Under the pieces are notes generated by a model. That model saw only the letters and a list, made by a program, of their open reading frames with translations, searched no databases and was not told the origin of the DNA. Of a DNA stretch of 64,000 bases, positions 59,798 to 64,000 are shown one piece after another (within the stretch, counting starts at the first letter, position 1; each line of letters begins with the position of its first letter). The translations under genes and the position numbers were made by a program. The stretch comes from an uncultured Acidimicrobiia bacterium (GTDB lineage: Bacteria; Actinomycetota; Acidimicrobiia; Spongiisociales; UBA5794), in contig CAWEUW010000009.1 of the NCBI GenBank assembly GCA_963812375.1, forward strand, positions 194,240-258,239, in the 5' to 3' direction.

Positions 59798-59936
59798 GGT
59801 TCCCCTTCGGCCTCAGACGGCTTCCGATTGTAGGCGCCCTCAGCCACGGATCCCGGGAACCAAACCGACCGGCGCCGGCGTCAACACGACAGCCGGCGAC
59901 TACTGGGGCGGCCGGCGACCTCGGAGGAGGAGCCCG

Positions 59937-60207
59937 ATGGAGATGGCATCGATGACCGGCGGGATGATCCCGGTTCCGATCACCGACGAGCGGCCATGGG
60001 CGGTGTTCGCCGCCTGCCGGGACGCCACCGCCGAATGGTTCTTCCCGCAGGACAAGGCCTCCGAGGAGGCGGCACTGGCGGTGTGCGCCCGCTGTCCCGG
60101 TGCGAGGCGAATGCCTCGACTATGCCCTCGAGGCACGCGAGGTGTTCGGTGTCTGGGGTGGGACCACCGAGCGCCGGCGCCGGGCGCTACGACGCCGCTC
60201 GTCCTGA
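59937..60207 (+). CDS. WhiB-family redox-sensing transcription factor, 1 frameshift
   Basis: FAACRDATAEWFFP...ALAVCARCP, then after removing one C from the CCC run at 60096-60098, VRGECLDYALEAREVFGVWGGTTERRRRALRRR*. This gives the four-Cys plus GVWGG pattern. Confidence 0.8.
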
Positions 60208-60297
60208 GACCCCGGGTGGGTCGACTGACGCCCGACCCTGGGTAGCGTTGGGCTCGCTCGCGGGGAACCCGCCCTCTTCGACCGGCGGCAGATCATC

Positions 60298-60591
60298 GTG
60301 CGAACCACCCTGCCGCCGGCTCGTCTCGGGCTGACGGTCGTGGCGACCGTCGTCGTCGCCCTCGCCGTGGTGTCCCCGGCGTCCGCCGGCGAGGCGCCCG
60401 AGACCTCGGTCGCTCCGGGCGCTGCGCAAGATTCCACTACGACGACGACACCGTCCGGGCCGGTCACCATGGACGTCTCGGCCGGGATCGACGGTCGACG
60501 CCCAACCGACCCGGGAGATCCTCCCCGAGGAGGAGACCCTCGCCCACCTGCTCCGCCGCAAGCGGCAGTAGGCGCCGTGGTCCGCCCGTAG
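60298..60591 (+). CDS. hypothetical secreted Pro/Thr-rich protein
   Basis: GTG start with signal-like MRTTLPPARLGLTVVATVVVALAVVSPASA. The rest is low-complexity, and the C-terminal frame is uncertain. Confidence 0.4.
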   Translation: MRTTLPPARLGLTVVATVVVALAVVSPASAGEAPETSVAPGAAQDSTTTTTPSGPVTMDVSAGIDGRRPTDPGDPPRGGDPRPPAPPQAAVGAVVRP

Positions 60592-60599
60592 GATCGAGC

Positions 60600-61262
60600 A
60601 TGGCCGATCGATCAACGCCTTCCTGGGATGTGCTTCTCGTCTGTGGGGCATCCGGTGTGGGCAAGAGCTCGTTGAGCTATCCGCTGGCGGCCCGACACGG
60701 TGTGCCGGTTCTGGAGGTGGACGACATCGTCTGCGCCGTGCAGGCGGTGACCACGCCGGTGACTTTGCCGGCCCTGCACTTCTGGGACACCCATCCCGAC
60801 CCGACGTCGCTCACCGCCGCGGAGGTGTTCGAGCAGGGCCTGGCGCTACTGGTCGAGATCGCGCCGGCGGTGGAGGCGGTGATCGGCAACCACCTGGAGA
60901 CCGGTGTCAGGGTGATCATCGACGGCGACTTCGTCGCCGCCTCGTTGGCGGCGGCCGCCGAGTTCGCCGGGCAACCCAACGACGGACGGGTGAGGGCCGT
61001 CGTCGTCAGCGAGGACAAGGAGCAGGTCATCGCCAACCATCTGGCTCGCGAGCCCGACCAGGGCCCGCAGAAGCTTCGAGCCGACGTCAGCGCCCTCTGG
61101 ACCGATTGGCTCATCGCCGACGCCGCTACGGTCGGCATGCCCGCGATCGCCGCCCGGCCCTGGCCCACCCTGCTCGCCCGAGTCGAGCGGGCGTTGCTAC
61201 CAGCGGTCGACCCCGTCGCGTTCCGGCGAGACGTTGACTCGGTGCTCGACACGTCGACCTGA
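60600..61262 (+). CDS. P-loop NTPase/kinase-like protein
   Basis: Intact 220 aa with Walker A VCGASGVGKSS near the N-terminus. The size and layout resemble small-molecule/nucleotide kinases. Confidence 0.65.
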   Translation: MADRSTPSWDVLLVCGASGVGKSSLSYPLAARHGVPVLEVDDIVCAVQAVTTPVTLPALHFWDTHPDPTSLTAAEVFEQGLALLVEIAPAVEAVIGNHLETGVRVIIDGDFVAASLAAAAEFAGQPNDGRVRAVVVSEDKEQVIANHLAREPDQGPQKLRADVSALWTDWLIADAATVGMPAIAARPWPTLLARVERALLPAVDPVAFRRDVDSVLDTST

Positions 61263-61297
61263 GCGGCGGACTCGGCTGAGGTCGCCCGGCGCCGCGG

Positions 61298-62476
61298 TCA
61301 GACCGCTACGAGGTCGGGGCTGAGGCCGAGACGAGACAGCTCGGCGGAGATCTCGTCGAGGTAGACCGGGTTCATCGCCACGACCAGGGCCGGGTCGAGG
61401 GTGACCAGCTCGGCCGGGGCGATCACCCGGTGCCCGGTGCCCGCCAAGTACTTGCCCTGCTTGTGCGGGTTGATGTCGACGGCAGCGGTGATCGCAGCGT
61501 CGACGGCGTTGAGGAAGGCGACCCCCTTCGAGCCCCCACCCCAGATGACGGTGCTTCCGCCGCCATCCGCCACGGCCTGCACCCGGCCGGTCCAGTCACG
61601 GGTGATGCCGGCGAACCCGGCGGCGAACCCGCCCACCCCGGCGACCGTGCCGGCAACGTCGTCCTTCGACCAGCCGCCGCCCGCCCCGGCCGCCGGGCGA
61701 GCCTCGAGCAGCAGGTACTGGTCGTCGTAGGCGTAGCGGACGTCATCGACCTGGAACCCGTTGTCGGTGAACAGGCGGGCGAGCGACCCGGCGGTGAAGT
61801 AGGAGCAGTGCTCGTAGTAGACGTCCCAGAAGGCGACCTCGTCGAGCACCCGGGTGGTGTCGGGCAGCTCGAACAGGACGGCGGTGTCGTGTCGGTCGCC
61901 GATCGCAGCCCGCACCAGCCGGACGAAGTCGCCGACCGGAGCGATGTGCTCCAGGGTGTGCCGGCACACCACGGCATCGGCCTCGATCGGCCCGAACCGG
62001 TCGTCGAACTTGTCGGCCACCCAGGTGAGGGTGCGGTCCCATCGAGCGTCGATCCGCTCCGGGTGGACCCCCGGGTCGATGCCGACACCGGCCCCGATCC
62101 CGGCCTCGGCCATCATCACGAGGAACTCGCCCTTGCCGCACCCGATCTCGACCACGGTGCCGCCGGCGAGGCCGTGGCGGTCGACCCAGTCGCCGGCGAG
62201 ACCGCGGGCGAACTCCTGGAAGTGGGGAGAGAACGCCTGGGTCTCCTCGTAGCGTTCGGAGTACTCCGCCAGGGACGGGTCGAAGGCGGAGTTCGAGATG
62301 AACCCGCAACTCGGGCAGACGACCAGCCGGAGCGACCCCGTGGGGAAGGCGAGCGCCTCCGCCTCGTCGTCGACCAGCAGGCAGCTGTTGGTTGGCAGCT
62401 CGTCCTGGGTGTGGAACAGGTCCAGCCCGGATGCTCCGCAGGCGGGGCAGCGCGCCCCGGGGGGAGGCCCGGTCAC
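61298..62476 (-). CDS. class I SAM-dependent methyltransferase with N-terminal Zn-ribbon and C-terminal C-methyltransferase domain
   Basis: CPACG...CPSCGF zinc ribbon, the SAM motif VVEIGCGKGEF, and C-terminal VIWGGGSKGVAFLN...INPHKQGKYLAGTGHRV. GTG at 62476 overlaps the upstream stop. Confidence 0.85.
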   Translation of the reverse strand: MTGPPPGARCPACGASGLDLFHTQDELPTNSCLLVDDEAEALAFPTGSLRLVVCPSCGFISNSAFDPSLAEYSERYEETQAFSPHFQEFARGLAGDWVDRHGLAGGTVVEIGCGKGEFLVMMAEAGIGAGVGIDPGVHPERIDARWDRTLTWVADKFDDRFGPIEADAVVCRHTLEHIAPVGDFVRLVRAAIGDRHDTAVLFELPDTTRVLDEVAFWDVYYEHCSYFTAGSLARLFTDNGFQVDDVRYAYDDQYLLLEARPAAGAGGGWSKDDVAGTVAGVGGFAAGFAGITRDWTGRVQAVADGGGSTVIWGGGSKGVAFLNAVDAAITAAVDINPHKQGKYLAGTGHRVIAPAELVTLDPALVVAMNPVYLDEISAELSRLGLSPDLVAV

Positions 62477-63711
62477 GACACGATGCGCGGCTCGGGCACC
62501 GGGAGGATCACCTTGCCGCCGGCGGCCAGATACCCGGCCTGCTGCTCGATGATCTCTTCGGCGAAGTTCCAGGCGAGGAGCAGGAGGTAGTCGGGCCGCC
62601 GTTCGCCGAGGGCGGCAGGGTCGAGGATCGGCTGGTGGGTCCCCGGCATGTGCCGCCCCTGCTTGTAGGGGTTGCGGTCGACCACGAAGCTCACCAGGTC
62701 GGTGCCGAGTCCCACGTAGTTGAGCATGGTGGCGCCCTTGGCCGCCGCCCCGTACCCGGCGACGGTGGCGCCGCCGGCGACCAGCTCGGAGATGAGGGCC
62801 CGCAGCGCACCCGCCACGCCCTCGACCCGCTCGGCGAAGCGGGCGTAGTACTCGAACCGGTCGAGCCCGGCGGCCTGCTCGTCGGCGAGGTACCCGAGCA
62901 CGGTCGGCGAGGGCTCCTCGTACCGGTTCATGCGCCAGCGCAGCGTTCCGCCATGGAGCTTCGGGAAGTGCTCGACGTGGTTGAGGTACAGCCCGTGGCG
63001 GCGCATCAGCCGGTCGACCGAGGTGCACGAGTAGTAGCAGAAGTGCTCGTGGTAGATGGTGTCGAACTCGCAGTCGTCGACCAGCGGCTTCACCCACGGG
63101 TTCTCCTGGGTGATCAGCCCGTCCTCGGCGAGCAGGGTGGCCATCCCGGCGATCACGTCGTTGAGCCCGGGAACGTGGGCGAGCACGTTGTTGGCGATGA
63201 TCACGTCGGCCGTCCGGCCCTCCCTCCGTAGCCGCCCCGCCAGCCCGGAGCCGAAGAAGGCGTCGATGGTGGGTACCCCGGCGGCGTTGGCCGCCGCCGC
63301 CTGGTCGGGGGCGGGGTCGATGCCGAGCACCGGGATCCCGGCGGCGGCGAAGTGCTTGAGCAGGGTTCCGTCGTTGCTGCCGATCTCCACCACCAGCGAC
63401 TCGGGCCCGAGACCGCGGCTCTCGATCAGTCCCTCGGCGTGGCGGCGCCCGTGCTCGACGAGGACGTCGGAATAGGCCGAGAAGTAGAGGTAATTCTCCA
63501 CGAACAGCTTGTCGGCGGGCACCTCCTCGAGGATCTGGACCAGGGCGCAGTCGGGGCAGAACGCCACCTCGAGCGGGTAGCGGTCCTCGATGTCGCCGAG
63601 GCGCTCCCCGGCGACCAGGGCGTCGGCCAGCGGGGTGACGCCGAGGTCGAGGAAGGGCCTGAGGTCGGCCCCGCCGCAGGATCGGCAGGGCACCGTCGCC
63701 GCCCCGCTCAT
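62473..63711 (-). CDS. NDP-hexose C-methyltransferase-like enzyme (TylCIII/NovU-type architecture)
   Basis: Intact 412 aa with CRSCGG...CPDCALVQ, VVEIGSNDGTLL, NVLAHVP, YHEHFCYYS, GYGAAAKGATMLNY and DRNPYKQGRHMPGTHQPI. Confidence 0.85.
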   Translation of the reverse strand: MSGAATVPCRSCGGADLRPFLDLGVTPLADALVAGERLGDIEDRYPLEVAFCPDCALVQILEEVPADKLFVENYLYFSAYSDVLVEHGRRHAEGLIESRGLGPESLVVEIGSNDGTLLKHFAAAGIPVLGIDPAPDQAAAANAAGVPTIDAFFGSGLAGRLRREGRTADVIIANNVLAHVPGLNDVIAGMATLLAEDGLITQENPWVKPLVDDCEFDTIYHEHFCYYSCTSVDRLMRRHGLYLNHVEHFPKLHGGTLRWRMNRYEEPSPTVLGYLADEQAAGLDRFEYYARFAERVEGVAGALRALISELVAGGATVAGYGAAAKGATMLNYVGLGTDLVSFVVDRNPYKQGRHMPGTHQPILDPAALGERRPDYLLLLAWNFAEEIIEQQAGYLAAGGKVILPVPEPRIVS

Positions 63712-63733
63712 CGGCCCGAGATCATCGGCGTCG

Positions 63734-64000
63734 TCATCGGGCCCGCCAGCGCAGGTCGGTGTCGAGCACGCCCTGCTCGACCAGCTCGAGCACGTGGCCG
63801 ATGCGGCGGTAGCGCTTGCCCTCGAGCTGGTCGAGGGTGAGCCCGTTGGCGGTGAACGCCTCGGCCAGCTGCTCGATGCCCTTGCGCACCGTCCACTTGG
63901 AGCGGGCGGCGGGGAAGGCGGCTTCGAACTTGGCGCAGTCGACCCGGTAGTTGCGGGGGTCGTCGAACGCCTCGTTGGCGAAGGTGATCTCCGAGCCGGG
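63734..64000 (-). CDS. C-terminal fragment of an NAD-dependent epimerase/dehydratase-type sugar enzyme (5' part outside window)
   Basis: My minus-strand translation gives PGSEITFANEAFDDPRNYRVDCAKFEAAFPAARSKWTVRKGIEQLAEAFTANGLTLDQLEGKRYRRIGHVLELVEQGVLDTDLRWRAR*. This is a C-terminal pattern I associate with SDR sugar epimerases/dehydratases. Confidence 0.55.
   Translation of the reverse strand, partial: PGSEITFANEAFDDPRNYRVDCAKFEAAFPAARSKWTVRKGIEQLAEAFTANGLTLDQLEGKRYRRIGHVLELVEQGVLDTDLRWRAR

Overview
This window is a gene-dense, high-GC (roughly 70% by eye) actinobacterial chromosome segment. The lineage call rests on mtrA-mtrB plus a GerMN lipoprotein, a WhiB-family gene, a mycobacterial-type BfrB ferritin and many lipoboxes. 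I recognised no rRNA, CRISPR array, transposase, integrase or canonical defence system.

Gene content in order:
- ArsR-type regulator, quinone oxidoreductase, cupin/dioxygenase-like protein, dienelactone hydrolase, and a large membrane alpha/beta-hydrolase.
- mtrA-mtrB-(LpqB-like) operon and a putative glycoside-hydrolase lipoprotein.
- Three corA paralogues, DUF5996, an S9 peptidase, a PGRP-type amidase, and an all-RTX secreted protein.
- kbl-tdh-deaminase operon, flavodoxin, an MFS transporter, and an adenylate cyclase-NB-ARC-TPR STAND protein.
- PspC-kinase / LuxR regulator / PspC-LiaF envelope-stress module.
- CoA-binding protein, hydrolase, membrane spermidine-synthase-like protein, tRNA-Val(TAC), nitrilase and DinB.
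- Ferritin next to an imelysin / DUF1111 di-haem / imelysin / HTTM operon, then a 997-aa membrane/PG-binding/fasciclin ORF.
- NitT/TauT-type ABC importer with a divergent Rrf2 regulator, map, and two ABC exporters.
- A lower-GC decayed island (ester cyclase, amidase, repeat protein, msrA).
- Zn-ribbon protein, DUF457, split TauE, RNase P RNA (rnpB), GGCT, WhiB, and a sugar C-methyltransferase pair.

Caveat on reading frames: about a third of the genes are frame-disrupted as given, and several disruptions sit in G/C homopolymers. Many apparent pseudogenes may therefore be assembly errors. All family calls come from motif recognition by eye, because no database searches were possible.

Most interesting signals:
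- Two separate tandem arrays of about 24 bp that each duplicate a ribosome-binding-site/start junction. One lies in the kbl leader and one at the DUF1111/imelysin-2 junction.
- A roughly 43-bp composite palindromic element shared by the ferritin and DUF5996 upstream regions.
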